NCBI RefSeq assembly: GCF_000002075.1
Contig: NW_004797271.1
Coordinates: forward strand, 625,801 to 689,800
From: Aplysia californica
Lineage: Eukaryota
DNA: 64,000 nucleotides
Direction: 5' to 3'
The position numbers and the translations under genes are program-made. The notes below the pieces were generated by a model that was not told the origin of the DNA, searched no databases, and saw only the letters and a list, made by a program, of their open reading frames with translations. This document shows, in pieces, positions 25,701-37,700 of the stretch (position 1 is its first letter; each line of letters starts with the position of its first letter).

Positions 25701-28321
25701 AACTGTGGGGGTCTGTAGATGAAAAGACAGCAGTTGTTAGTATTCAGAAACCCATAGGCCTAACAAGTTAGTGCATGTCAATTATTAGAGTGTACTGTGT
25801 AGAGTGTCAAGTAAGAGTCATCAGTGCACTATAAGATATGTCAATCATGATTCATTAATGCACACTGTAGACATGTCAATCATGAGTCATTAGTGTACAC
25901 TGTAGACATATAATGTCAATCATGAGTCATTAGTGTACACTGTAGATATATAATGTCAATCATGAGTCATAAGTGTACACTGTAGATATAAAATAATGTC
26001 AATCATGAGTCATTAATGCACACTGTAGATATGTCAATCATGAGTCATTAGTGTTGTATGTGGACACGACAATCGTGGGACAATAACAAAAAACTATTTT
26101 GAGTAATTCTACAAACCAAAAGGTGAATCATGTGACATAGAATATACCAGAAAATAGGAACAAGCTCTAAAAATCATACAATTATAAGCAGACAATGTTC
26201 TAAACATATTATAATTTACACTATGTGACAATGAGCTGTGAGATCAAACAAAATCAGTTGTAGTCATTTTCAAACGTTCTACAATCACAACCTGTCGGTC
26301 TCTTTGTCTGTTCGACCACTCACTGCCAGTCTGTCACACATACTGGCTAGACTACTACCTGAATGTCTCTGGTCACTCTGCCCCATGAGCTGGCGGGCGT
26401 GGGGTCAACTCTCTGTGGCTGTGTGGAGAGTTTCTTGGACATCAATTGTTGACGAGCTTTGTCCATCACCTCATGACTCTAAAGACAGGAGAGTGGAGAT
26501 CTATAAATATAGCTTTGTCCTTCACGTCATGACTACCAAAACAGAAAAGTGAATTATATCTATTAATAGCTTTGCCTACTACCTCATAACTCTAGAAACA
26601 AAATGGTGGAGGCTACTTAAAGTATGCCTGTCACCTCATGATTCTGACAGACACAAACAGAAACAGAAGGGTGGTGATGATCTATTTAAAGCATCTCGCT
26701 CCTTTTTTATTCTTCTTCCTCTTTCGCCTTGTTTGTTTGAATAAAGAGAAGTACATCCACACAATGATGGCCATTTAATCCTGGGAAAAAAACTACAGAT
26801 ACAGACAGGAATAAAGAGGAAAAGAAAAAAAATTAGGACCTACCACTGGTGCCTTCCAACCATTCTCACTATTTTCATGTCCTCTAGGTGTCCACATAAC
26901 GGTATCTTTTAAGAAATTTTCACATCATTTTTGAATGTCCAGAATTTGAAAATGAAAGACAAAAATACTTAACCCCTTCACTGCCGGCTATGAGCTACAT
27001 AGCTGTGCCGGGTAAAATTGTTCCAATTACTACTAGCGTCACATAGAGCCCGTAACTCACAACCTCCATATCAGATATTTAAGATACACAGATACTTACC
27101 ACATCTGAATGAGATATGAATGCCGGCACCGAGTCCTTTTCCCAAGTTGACATATCCTCTGAAAGAGCCAAGAAATGTGAAAAAATCTTCACACTCACAT
27201 ATCACACACACAAAAATGTACTGGCAATTTCACAGCACAAAGCAAAAAACAGTCTTCAAACTAACTCACAAATTAAGAGACAAACTTAATTACAGGGTAA
27301 TAAAACAAACAAAGAAATCTAGTCACAGCGACAACAAAAAATGACTGACAACTAAATGAGCAGAAGTAATATAAGTGTACATCAATACAATGCCTACTGG
27401 TACATCAATAAAAGTCAACCGATACATCGATACATTTAGCAATACATCAACATGATATCGCTAATATTTGGAGCAAAAAAGCACCACACAAAATCTTGTA
27501 AGCGTGACATAAAAATCCCAATGACCTTACACTGACCTCCATATTTCTGAAATAATCGATTTCTGATGGCCAAATCCAAGTCCTGACGATGCAGACAGGT
27601 ATCTTTTCTAGAATTCTCAGCAGTGAGACATGACTGTTGCACGACCCTTCGCTCTTGTTCAAACTGTAAAGAGATCATCAAAACAGAAAGTAGCAGCATA
27701 CATTTAGTTCTCTCGTTTACTTCAGTTTTACTCGGTTGTTCTTCATATACTTGATTACTGGATCCTGGGAACAACATCATAGCACTCCGGGCATTGCCAT
27801 ACGTGCTCCGCTCCCCGCTCCAATATCCACCTCAGAGTCCATCTGCTGATCATTCTTCATATAACTTTGACTGTGCTTGTCCCAAAGAAGTGTCTTGATT
27901 TTTTTAAAGAGACATTGGACTTATAATTACCAGACCTTACTTTATCCAATACAAAATAGCATTTTTTCTACCTCATACAGCTTCTACCCTTGATCCTCAC
28001 CATATTCTGACACTCAAATTCATGAACTCACCCCCACAGATACACAAACACAGGCCCATGAAAACTAGATAACTTACAGCTTGCTCCGCCTCTTGAATTT
28101 GCTGCTGTCTCTTTAGCCTGGATGCCTGGCTGACACGCTGCTTCACTCGTTGCTGAAAACTTTTCAATCTGTTTTCCTTTTCTTCTTGCATGCGTCGGAT
28201 TTTCTCTTCCTCTTCTTTTGCTGCCATCTGCAATTAAACCCCAAAAAGTTTTGTCAGTGCAAAAAAAAAAAACTTGAAAAAGTTGTCAAATCAACCAAGG
28301 AACAGAAGAAAGCATGAGCAC

Positions 28322-28354
<33 letters not shown>

Positions 28355-31300
28355 CTAGAGTGTATGTGTCTGGGCACACACATATATCTATACCTTTTAC
28401 CATACTGACACACAATTACAACATGACAGCATATCTAAATTCAAGATTTTTAGCATACTTATTCTTCGTCTTTCACATTTTCCAAAAGCAATATATACAA
28501 AAAAAGATCTACTGCCATGGTAAAAATTCTTTGTAAAATATAACTGACAATCAGAGTAAGAACAAGAAAGGAAAATTATCTATAAACCCATCCCATCCTC
28601 TAAAAAGAAATGTTAACTTACTTGAGACTGGGGTATTTTAAAAAACACAAGCGCTGGAGTCTGGGCGCTTTTTTTTTTTAGGTTTAAAAAAACTCACCCC
28701 CTCACACCACATACACTAAATTTACACCACAGAATCATCAGACATTTCACAACAATATGCAAAATAAATGACAAAAGAAATATTTTATAAGCTTCTGTAT
28801 TATGATCTTTATAAACTGGACACAATTTGACCATGCCGGAAATTTTTTTTAGAGGTACTTGTCCAAACTGAGGAGGAGAACATTTACAGAAAAAGGGCTT
28901 GATTTATGTGGAATTGAAAACAAAATCAAGCAACTTAGCAATGCCAATCGGGCTTTCCCGCGAGGCAAAAATTTGGTCCCCGTTTACGAGCGATTTTGCG
29001 GACCCGGCCGAAGCGTAGGTGACTAACTTTGTCAACCTCGGTCTGCTCTATTTCCGAACCAATCCGAATGAAACTCGGCAACCAATCAGAAAATAGGGCA
29101 AACTAATGATATGTGGACGTTGAAGTTCGTACACATAAATTAACCTATACTTTTGGTGTCGGGAACACTTTCGTATCGTGTACACCGAAAACTATAAGGA
29201 GTTTGAATTTCAACGCCCAGATGGTAATAGATCTATCTATCCTCTATAGTGTGCTCAAATTTGAGAGTTCTGTGTCAAGTAGTTGTTTAGACCCGATCGT
29301 AAATCTACGACTACCCCCCTATCCAAAGCGGCTTCGCACGGAGATCGGCCATTTTCCCCTCACTCTCGTGGCAAATGTATGTGACCTACAAATCCCTGCA
29401 TGACTATTCCGGGCCCGTTCATTGGTCACTTGAAATAGGGCAATGGCGGGCGCGCACATCCGGTTGTTTTTCTCTCTATTCCCCTGTAACATCGCAATGG
29501 GGGTATTCTGAGGCGAGGTTATCTCATCTCGGGGTGTTCGCGTCTCAACGGGGGAAAAGAATTTTTAATTGTACGGCATGCTAGATTGAATTAACTTATC
29601 TTTTACGGTTGGCATGGTCTAAAGTCATCATAAAAAGCTTTGCAATTATTTAGTCACCCTGCCGACATATATTCTTAAAGATCCCATGTTGTGATACGAT
29701 GCTATAAATAAAATGGACTCATCCCGACACCCCTTTTTCGCAAAATCGTAATATGTACACCACAATTTTAATTATAACAAAATAACTACGAAATTGGTAG
29801 TAAATCTGACTGCAGAAATGATTTCTACACTCAAAAACACATCGGGTAGCCAAGTTTCTCTCGAACACTCGGATTAGTTACCGAGATATCGTCGATTTTC
29901 TTACAGAATCTGCTACTGCGTGGTCCACTTTTTAGGAGTATTTTCCTATATGCGGGTCATCCATATTTTGCCGACCTTTACAACCCCATAACTTTTTTAT
30001 TTATGAACCGATTCTCAAAATTCAAGAAGCATAATTATTAGAATTGAAAATTCTTTCTTAGGTACCAAAAAAAGGGGGGCAAAAGTGAAAATTTAAATTG
30101 TCATTGGCATTGCTAAGCAACTACATATTCTTTAAGTAGTTTTCTTTTATATTAAGCAGTAAAGTTGTTTATTTATTCTGAGTGGAAATTTTTTTTAAAG
30201 CAGGGTTCAATGCAAAGGAATGCCGCAAAATACACAGCTTTCATTGATGTCTCCCTTCCCTTTGCAGGTCTTATCTTACCAGGCTGACTTGCACGACATC
30301 TAATGCCTTGAAATTGAGTTACAAATTGCGACCAAAATCTACTCATAGTTCCTGCTCTTGTATTACAGGATCAGGATCTAAAGGCATCTTTCTTTTTTCT
30401 GTTTAAGTCACAGGTCTAACTCTGACTCTACTAGATCTAGATTTAACACAACCCGTTGGTTCCCCTAGGCGATTGCCGGTACTCATGCTTGGTCCCATGT
30501 TTCCCATTCTAAATGCTTATTCTCAGCTAATTCACAACTAAGTAAAAACTCTGAAAATACACCAAAGTTGCAGCTTTCGACCTCGCTAAAATCATCACTA
30601 TTATTGTTAGAAAGTCTCAAAATAGAGCGTGTTCGCCTCAACATCAAAGTGAATGCCAACTTCTTGACCGCAGTGACAGAAGGAAAACATTGCTGATCAG
30701 TTGATCTGAGCTTCCAAATCACCTGCTACACTGAAACTACTTCTCGTAAACAAGATCCGAAATGAAACTTTGATCAGCAGAAAGTAAATGATACTTGCAG
30801 TGCCGTTTTCTCCAACTTCCACAGTGAACTAGAAGCGCTTTTATGTTTAAAAATTGATCTCGCAAGGGGTGTAGGATTGGACAAAGATGTCAGGAGGGAA
30901 GCAACAGGTGCCGGAGAAGATTCAAAAGTAAAATGTAAGTAAGTAGGCTATTCAAGACTACACAGACTAGACTCTAGACTCTAGAGACTAGAGAAGGAAA
31001 CGCCTTTGCAAAGCTGTCACATTTCTAGGACTGAAAAGTAATATATTTGTACCAATAATTTTCAGAAAAACCTTATGCTCAGAGAATGATAAAGTACATT
31101 TCTTTTTAATGTTTTGTTTCAACAACGGACCATAAGAAAAAAGAAAAACGTGTTTGAGCTTGCTCGATCGTACTTTTTGTGTGTACAATAATTTCAATAA
31201 TGCAGTGAGAAAGAAAAGTCTGAATGATCCTTACAACAGCATCAGGCTGAACATCGTCATCTGCTGGCTCTACCCATGCACCTACTGGGACCACTTCAAC

Positions 31301-31402
31301 ATTTCTGTTGCCCATTATGTCTGTACTGACAACGGGCCGCATAACTTCTCGTCCGTGAAACTTCCCAGACGAGGAGACAGGTCTTCGTTGCCTTGCTGCC
31401 AT
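13552..31402 (-). CDS. CCDC15: Coiled-coil domain-containing protein 15 (centriolar); 11 coding exons, 487 aa
   Basis: Exons 31402-31235, 28227-28078, 27663-27537, 27158-27100, 26478-26359, 25712-25595, 23811-23665, 19618-19435, 18598-18407, 15334-15186, 13601-13552 total 1464 nt with matching phases. The motifs VPVGAWVEP, RRVFMDRERE, LPALCACGDSVWDTNPETCANNCFFYRNHRAYARAL match CCDC15. Confidence 0.88.
14564..14849. mobile_element. Short TTAA-flanked (piggyBac-like) MITE
   Basis: TTAA|CCCTATCTGTAC ... GTACGGATAGAG|TTAA. Confidence 0.65.
15186..15334 (-). CDS. CCDC15: CCDC15 exon 10 (Cys-rich conserved C-terminal motif)
   Basis: YLGALRHSLIEKVSRRGMQLPALCACGDSVWDTNPETCANNCFFYRNHR; GTGAGA donor. 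Confidence 0.9.
15361..16080. repeat. ~30-bp minisatellite derived from the CCDC15 exon-10 acceptor
   Basis: About 20 units of TACCTGAAACATCATCACAAGACCCAGGTAA. Confidence 0.9.
17283..17460 (+). mobile_element. ~180-bp retroposon copy
   Basis: 12-bp TSD ACACTCTGTGTG (17271-17282, 17461-17472). Confidence 0.85.
17730..18420. repeat. ~60-bp minisatellite containing the CCDC15 exon-9 donor
   Basis: 11 units with CCACCAACCTTTCCATCTC plus (AAAC)n. Confidence 0.9.
18407..18598 (-). CDS. CCDC15: CCDC15 exon 9
   Basis: LKKEKEEYRQELEE...DPDTGET...IQRTREMER; GTTGGT donor. Confidence 0.88.
18900..19440. repeat. ~55-bp minisatellite containing the CCDC15 exon-8 donor
   Basis: Repeated GTGACATTTCCTCACCTAGACCACAC...GAAACAT. 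Confidence 0.85.
19435..19618 (-). CDS. CCDC15: CCDC15 exon 8
   Basis: DSSRRQ...RRVFMDREREAVRENIRRQQHRKKIV; GTGAGG donor. Confidence 0.88.
19630..20218. repeat. ~28-bp minisatellite upstream of the CCDC15 exon-8 acceptor
   Basis: (GAGAAAACTGACATACAGAGACA(C/A)AGA)n. Confidence 0.9.
20342..22949 (+). mobile_element. Decayed hAT (Buster/Charlie) DNA transposon with pseudogenised transposase
   Basis: TIRs CAGTG(G/T)TTTT(C)CAA and exact 8-bp TSD AGCTAAAT (NNNTANNN, Buster-type). Frameshifted ZBED5/SCAND3-like peptide (GKPHAIGEDLILPA..., LSDNTIQRRIDEMS, VNKIKVHAFNSRLFQQLC) at about 20700-22100. Confidence 0.92.
23089..23593 (-). mobile_element. tRNA-derived SINE (same family as 7943-8670)
   Basis: B-box GGTTCGAATCC head, shared body and tail. 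Confidence 0.8.
23665..23811 (-). CDS. CCDC15: CCDC15 exon 7
   Basis: Long T-tract acceptor, with an alternative AG 12 nt downstream; EEEYDREDKAKDRQK...VQFDVEEH; GTAAAG donor. Confidence 0.75.
24449..24800 (-). mobile_element. tRNA-derived SINE with L2-like (TTA)n tail
   Basis: A-box GGTGGCCTAGTGGTTA, B-box-like GGTTTGAATCC, GTGTCCTTGGGAAAGGCACTTTA core, TAT repeat tail. Confidence 0.75.
25290..25625. repeat. Purine/pyrimidine-biased degenerate repeat derived from the 3' end of CCDC15 exon 6
   Basis: Units resembling TCCTCCCACTCACAATCCTCCTCTCCC mirror the exon end TCTTCCCATTCACGTTCTTCCTCTCCC. Confidence 0.7.
25595..25712 (-). CDS. CCDC15: CCDC15 exon 6
   Basis: tcatctacag acceptor, GTGAGA donor; phase 0 to 1; TPTVRNMVSVEELQ...EEEREWEDR. 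Confidence 0.68.
25770..26060. repeat. 35-43-bp minisatellite
   Basis: (TGTCAATCATGAGTCATTAGTGTACACTGTAGA...)n, about 7 units. Confidence 0.85.
26359..26478 (-). CDS. CCDC15: CCDC15 exon 5
   Basis: SHEVMDKARQQLMSKK..., comparable to the recalled human SETMKQARHRLASFK. Confidence 0.75.
27100..27158 (-). CDS. CCDC15: CCDC15 exon 4
   Basis: ctctttcag acceptor, GTAAGT donor; supplies the required phase 1 to 0 change (EDMSTWEKDSVPAFISHSDV). Confidence 0.72.
27537..27663 (-). CDS. CCDC15: CCDC15 exon 3
   Basis: FEQERRVVQQSCLTAENSRKDTCLHRQDLDLAIRNRLFQKYG; donor GTCAGT, or GTAAGG 6 nt further on. Confidence 0.8.
28078..28227 (-). CDS. CCDC15: CCDC15 exon 2
   Basis: MAAKEEEEKIRRMQEEKENRLKSFQQRVKQRV...EAEQA; GTAAGT donor. 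Confidence 0.88.
28934..30117. mobile_element. Unclassified TIR non-autonomous DNA transposon
   Basis: 15-bp TIRs CTTAGCAATGCCAAT, flanked by CAA on both sides. Confidence 0.7.
31235..31402 (-). CDS. CCDC15: CCDC15 exon 1
   Basis: MAARQRRP...VVPVGAWVEPADDDVQPDAV; GTAAGG donor. Confidence 0.88.
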
Positions 31403-31671
31403 TTTGATGCGATCAAAAAATTTACTATTCTTCTAGCTAGAAGAGCGGAGCTAAGGGACTTTACTACTTTTGTTATTAAAGAGCTCCTTGGTCGCGGTGT
31501 ACACACAAGCTACTTTCGAAATTAGGCATAACCTTAGAGGTGGTTCTATTTCTATTTTTACATCTTTGGGCCTAACTCATCTGTTGAGACAATCTATAAA
31601 ACGACCAAGTTTCTCTTTGGGAGGACTTCCTTTTCTTTTTTAGTAAAGAGAAGCAGAGCGACAAGTCTGGG
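31403..31671. promoter_or_regulatory. Bidirectional promoter CCDC15/URM1
   Basis: Only 269 bp separate the divergent ATGs (31402 and 31672). Confidence 0.7.
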
Positions 31672-31700
31672 ATGCCTTTGCCGTTAATTATAGAGTTCAG
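31672..31700 (+). CDS. URM1: URM1 exon 1
   Basis: MPLPLIIEF+ag, CAG|GTATGG donor. Confidence 0.85.
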
Positions 31701-34700
31701 GTATGGATACATTATGATGAGAATGGTCTCCTAGAAATCTAGAATCTAGATCTAGATCTAGATCTAGATCTAGTAACTAGATTCTAGTATTAGACTTAGA
31801 TTCTAGATATAAATCTAGATCTAATCTAGATTCTAGATCTAGTTGTACAATAGTCGAATCTGCGGCGATCTTATACTTTAGCCTTAGCAGTGATCTTATA
31901 CTTTAGCACGTTAAATTCTTCAATTGATTTTATTTTATTCCCTTTTCCGTAACGAGCGACCACTTTAAAACATGATCTATCTAATCAAGATTATACTCAC
32001 TGGCTTCCAAAATCACAATGAGTGACAATGGAAGACCGAAAACCACTGTTATACCATCTGTTCATGACAAAATTACGGTAGTTTGCGCATTTTTAGGCCC
32101 AGTTCAAAGTTTTGAAGGTCTGAGTCGGGGATTAGTAGACTTTGGGAATTTAACCTGCTAATTAAAGTATAACGAAGTCTAGCCGTACTTAGATCTAGGT
32201 TTGGCCCTATCGACTCAAGCCTGTTAAGTACACAGTAGGGCTGGATTCTGCTCGGTTAATCGAAGGCTTGCAAATCAGCGGACGTCTTGCGCTAGAGGCT
32301 TGCGAGCAGGCTTGTGGTTTGATTTGCCTCCCGCTTGCTACCAGAGGGAACTTCCGGTGAGTTGTGACTCGTGGACAGTCCTACTGTACTGTGTCGTGAC
32401 GTCGCGAACTCTCGTGGCAGTGGGCTCAGTACATATTACAGAAGATTTTCTGGTTATTTGCGTTGAGAGGCTTACACCAAAAGGGCAAGATCGGTTGGGG
32501 TTTTTTTCATAGTTCGGTTGCAAAAAAAAAAAGCTCTATTCAATGCACTTAAAAATTAATATTGGATCGGCTATTCTTATGATGTTAAGGCCTGTTTATT
32601 TTTAATGTGCACGAGCCAAGCGCTTCATCGTCGCACGCAAAAGACTTCAGTTCGATTCCCGTATGGGGAGAAATTTTTACTGAGAACCTCCGTCTTTCTG
32701 CTGGGGCGTTGTTCCCTCTCAGCCCAGGTTGGCCCTGACATTGGGTTGAAGTAGGCCTAGCCCGTCTCCTAAATGTTCTGTATTATGTCACTGTGAGTGT
32801 AACACATCTACAAAATAGGTTACATACATACGATACAAAAGCCAATCACAACGACCCCTGGAGTTTTCCATTTTAGGGTAATCTAAGTCAACTTATTCTT
32901 ATTACCAGAAACCTAGGTCTCTGTTACTGCAATACCACGCTCCCTCTCACTTATCCATTCGCTTAGCTGATCAACGGCGGGAAGTTAAAAATAACTTCAG
33001 CTCTCTACGCCTTGCACCAAAACAAGCCCAGCCTCTCCCTTCCTCCACGGTTCAAAGTTCACACAACGAACAGTACTGTCTTGCTGTTTGAACACATCGG
33101 ACTGTCTTGTCGCCATCAAGACGGTCCTACCACATCGAGCCCGTGCCGCTCGCTCGGTGTATCGAGACAGTACAAGTCAGCAGGTCAGGTTTGGAGCGTG
33201 TCCTGGGGCAAATCTCTAGGCCTAGCGCAAATCAGTACTGTGTGAATTGTGGGACCTGTGGCTGCGGACGGGACTTGAGGCTTACGCAGGCCTTCGAAAT
33301 CGAGTAAACTACAGCGCCACTCTGTGGGCGAGATCTCTCACTTTCCCCCTCTCTCTTTTTCTGACGTAAGTGGCTTCGCGGATCGCAAGCAGGGTGGAGA
33401 TGATGAGGGGGCCTGACACGAGTGGCTTCGCGGATTGCTGGTTACTGTGGACTTGAAGTTTAGACTAGACCAAGGAGGTTACAGTTTGCGCTAGACTCAA
33501 CTTATCATGCTGGTGATTTGATTTGATGATTTGACCTAGTGATTTTAGGCTTGTGACTTGAACTAGGGGCTTGTGAGCATGAGTGGGTTTGCTACCGGGG
33601 TACAGCCCTAGTACACAGGTCTCATTAGATCTAGATCTAGTAATTATTCAGGTTCAAATACATGCAAGTCAGTAAGGCACCTTTTGGTTTTGTCTGAAAT
33701 ACAAATACTTTAGGCATTGCAAACTAAAAATTTCATTTACAATTCAGCCATCAATATTAAGTATGGCTAGACTGCCAGTCTAGCCGTACTTTAAATCTTA
33801 GGCCCTATTAACATTAGAAAACAGGAGGTTTAAAATACATGCACTGTCATTAAGGCACCTGGTTTCGTCTCAAATACAAATACTTTAGGTACTGCACACT
33901 AAAAATGTATATTTACAATTCAGTAGGCCTATTTTTTGTAAATGGTGAGTCTAGCCATCATATTAAGAATAAGTACGGCTAGACTGCGAGTCTAGCCGTA
34001 CTTAAGTATGGCTAGACTGCCAGTCTAGCCGTCATTAAGTACGGCTAGCCTCTTCCAAAGTATAAGATCACCGAACCTGCCTTAACGGAAACCTGTCTTA
34101 ACAGAATCTCCCCGCTCCCCCCTATATTCCTCTTTGTAGTAAAGATCTACCTGCATAAAACAGAAACCTTTCCAAAGCGGAAACGGAAAGAAAAATCGGG
34201 AGGACTTCCGTAACGAGCGACCACTATGAGACAGAGCAGAATTGAGGGCTTGGGGTAGGGGTAAGGGCAGGGTTAGGGTTAGGTCTAGGCCTCTTCTTTA
34301 TTGTGTTTGATAGGGTGGTCGCTCGTTACGGAAGTCCTCCCGAAAAATCTGCTCCCTTACGAGGGTTTCACCTGTCTCTAAGACAGAAAATGCTTTTCCC
34401 GCTCAGCCCTGATTTGAAACAAAACTCGCAAGTTTGGTTCTGCCGACTCTAAACTTAACACTATGGCCATGCCGCTGGGCGAGGAAGGGGAGTAGGGGTG
34501 CAATTTTGGGGTAGATGTTACGGTTACCCCATCATGTGAGCCCTGAGCGATACAGATGGTCAGTGTTGTGTGGGTGTGAAATCTCACGACTTCACGTGAG
34601 AGTGCTCGAGTAGTAGCGAGCCACTATGGAAACTTTCCTGGGTCCAGAAGCCAGAGGTGTGAAATTAGATTGACCAATGCCTGCCGCCCTGATCGTACGG

Positions 34701-37700
34701 CCAGCCGAGAAAAGAGTTCCTCAAATCGTTGTTTACAATTATGGCAGTGAAGGGTGGCATTGGTGGGTGGGGCTAAGGGTAGAAGCAAAGGAGATTTTCA
34801 AACGTTTCTGTTTTTAATAGGTCAAACAGTGGTCCTATGAAAGGCAAGCACTGGTGGTAATTGGATTAAAGTAAGACTGACGCATGATGTCATTATCAGA
34901 CAGGATAGCGATTGAGAGGTGTGAAGTTTTGACCACTGCTTGCGATCGGACAAGCCATCCTTGATCCAACCGGCTGGGCCTTTGACCCCCACCCTCCGTC
35001 TCCCCCTTAATTCCGGAAAAGATGGAAAATGTCTAAGACTGAATTTTTTTTGGGCTCCCTTGCAATTCCATCTAATACAGGTTGGACTGTATTTTTGACT
35101 TACAGTAGTACGGATCTAGATCTTTTACCTGTCTCCGGATGGCAGATCATGCGAATTACGTCGAAATACAGATATTCATTTCACCAGAGACTATACTATA
35201 GACTAGATTTCTAGGCAGAATTTACTGTATTACTAATAACACAACTAAATCTATACTTGTCGACTCCAAGTCAGTGCAGCTTGTTCCTTTCGACATTCGT
35301 ATATGTCCATCTGTCCATGGTATGCGGACAAATTATATTGCTTAGGTTTTTACTTGTGGGTCTAAAAGTATGAAAAAAGTTGAATGACCAACAGAATTTA
35401 AAATCCCATTTCTGAAGGCTTCTGACCTGAAAAATAAAGTTCCGACATGTTTTCTTTGATATTATAAGCCTAAAAAGTGGGGGGGGGTATAATATTGTAT
35501 GTTGTTTAAAGGCGATTTATAGCGTAGGGTGTACCTTTTAAATGTTAAAAAGATGCTATAAAAATATAATCAACACCACACTTTAACACAGGCCCATGAA
35601 ACATAGTCCAACAGATGGGCGAGTACTTCTCAAGACACATGTGTGGCATGTTGCTGAGCTGATGTGGTGACGCCTAGATTGTCTTTTGGGTGTTGTCTCA
35701 AAATTATCAAAATAAACAGTATGTGGAGTAGGTTAGGCTACTTCACTGTAAATCATTTTAAAATGTAGTGATCCTGTGTGTATGAACCCAAAGGACATTT
35801 ATTACTGTGGAATCGTGTTATAATGAGAGGGAGGGGACTGGTGCGAAATACTCGTTATAGTAGGATTCACATTATAAGGGATCCAGGGGAAATAATAAAG
35901 TAGGCCTAATCTTTGAGTTTGGTGTTCTGTTTATTTCTTTATCTCACCTGACCTCTCCGTCCCCTGCATCGGAGAAGTGAGAGTGAAAGGTAGGGTAGGC
36001 CTGGGTAATCTAGACTAGGCTGGCGTATCACGCGATGCGTTCTGCTTGTCTGCACATGCTGCTCCCTCCTCACTCATTCGCCCCGGCCTTCATTGTTGGC
36101 ACATGTGGGTTCTCCCATTCTTTGTTTCCCTAGATCACCAAGTCTCTCTACTGGCGAGGTTTTACATACATTGGCCTGCGCTGTGCACGGCAGCAGCAAC
36201 AGTATTCCGCTATAACCGGCTCGCGTGTTTGATTGCGCATAGCAGTATTTTATTTACAAAGATAAAGAAAGAAAAAAAGTTTTAGTTTTAGAATAGTGTC
36301 TTTACAACAGACTTTTCGTAATTTCAGGACTCGTTTAAAGTGCACTCTTCTGTATAGGAACCAAATAAAGAAACTTTTTAATCACTAGATCAAGATGTTA
36401 AAGAAATATTCTTATATGGTCGCTGGCAAACAGGAGTGCCATGCAGTTTCAGGGCTTTGGAAAATTAATATTATATGAGTTAGAATTTTGTTAATGCGGA
36501 GAGACAAAAGTGAGCAACAAACAATAATTGTAATTTTTAATTGACTATGATGTGCTGCGCTCTACGAGAATTAGGAATGTGTCGCCAGACTTAATATTTT
36601 AGGTAAAAGCCAAAACATGAGACTTACTCTCATCCTTGGTTGAGTTTGAGTTGTGATTCCAAAGATCTTATGTCTGTTTTCGTATTTTAAGTCATTTACT
36701 GGAATGAGGTCTACAAATTATAAAACAGATTATTTTAATTCATTTTAACCTTTGTTTTGTTTTGTCTTTTCTAGCAAAATGTGCTTTTTCATTGCAAATC
36801 AGACACAATTGTAAGTGCTGTTTGTTCAGACTACATTTTGGTCAGAAAGACTAAAAATGTACTCTGACTGTGACCCCTCCTCCTCCCCCTTCCCCCTCCC
36901 TCCTTCATAAGTGGCAGAAGCTACCGTTTTGGCCCATTTGAATTAAATTCTCCAGGATCAAACATTTATAATTTCTTGAACACTTTTCGATATAATGTTT
37001 GATACATTTGATGAAAACGGCTAATAAGAAGGCTAACGTAAAGTATTATATAACAAATTGTGGCATAAGATCTTTTGTTTGCACATAGATTGCGATATAA
37101 GCCCATATTGATTTGCGAATAAGCCCATATTGATTTGCGAATAAGCCCATACAGACTTTCAGGTAAAACTTGATGAAACAAAGCAAAGTCAATTTGATGC
37201 GGAGTGCACTAGCATCACCATTAATCAACCCTGTCTGATCTGATTATGCAGATAAAATCCATTTGACGCTGGAAACGCAAACAAACACACTCTCATTGAG
37301 GTGTTGTAGGTTCTATAAAACTCTGTGTAGATGCTTCAAGTTTCTCAATTACCAGCTCTAATTTTACGTAAGTACAGACATTTGGATTTGATACAAATAG
37401 ATCTCTAAGAACAAGATTCCTTCACTTTTCCCTTTCCCCAGCGGAGGAGCTGAACTGCTGTGTGGGAACGTGAAGAAACATAACGTGGAACTACCAGAAC
37501 AAAAAGACAAATGTAAGTTTATAATGTCTCATCTCACTATACTGCAGGTGTTGTAACAGTCTGTCAATTTGGAGATGTTGTGATAGAACGAGTGATTTTA
37601 CATAACATCTGTAATCCGGGGCACTATTTTTTTCTATTCTGTTTTTTTGTAGATTTAATGAGTGGGAACAGTTGTAGTGATAGAAGGAGGGAAATGAAGA

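Noticed and set aside
25204-25722. 172-aa Pro/Ser-rich ORF
   Set aside because: Low-complexity antisense reading of CCDC15 exon 6 and its repeat.
26700-26781. Alternative CCDC15 exon 4 (tttttcccag acceptor)
   Set aside because: It reaches a stop without a convincing donor; 27158-27100 fits the phases with canonical sites.
34268-34285. Telomeric TTAGGG repeat
   Set aside because: Only about 2 units inside a small inverted-repeat element; not a telomere remnant.
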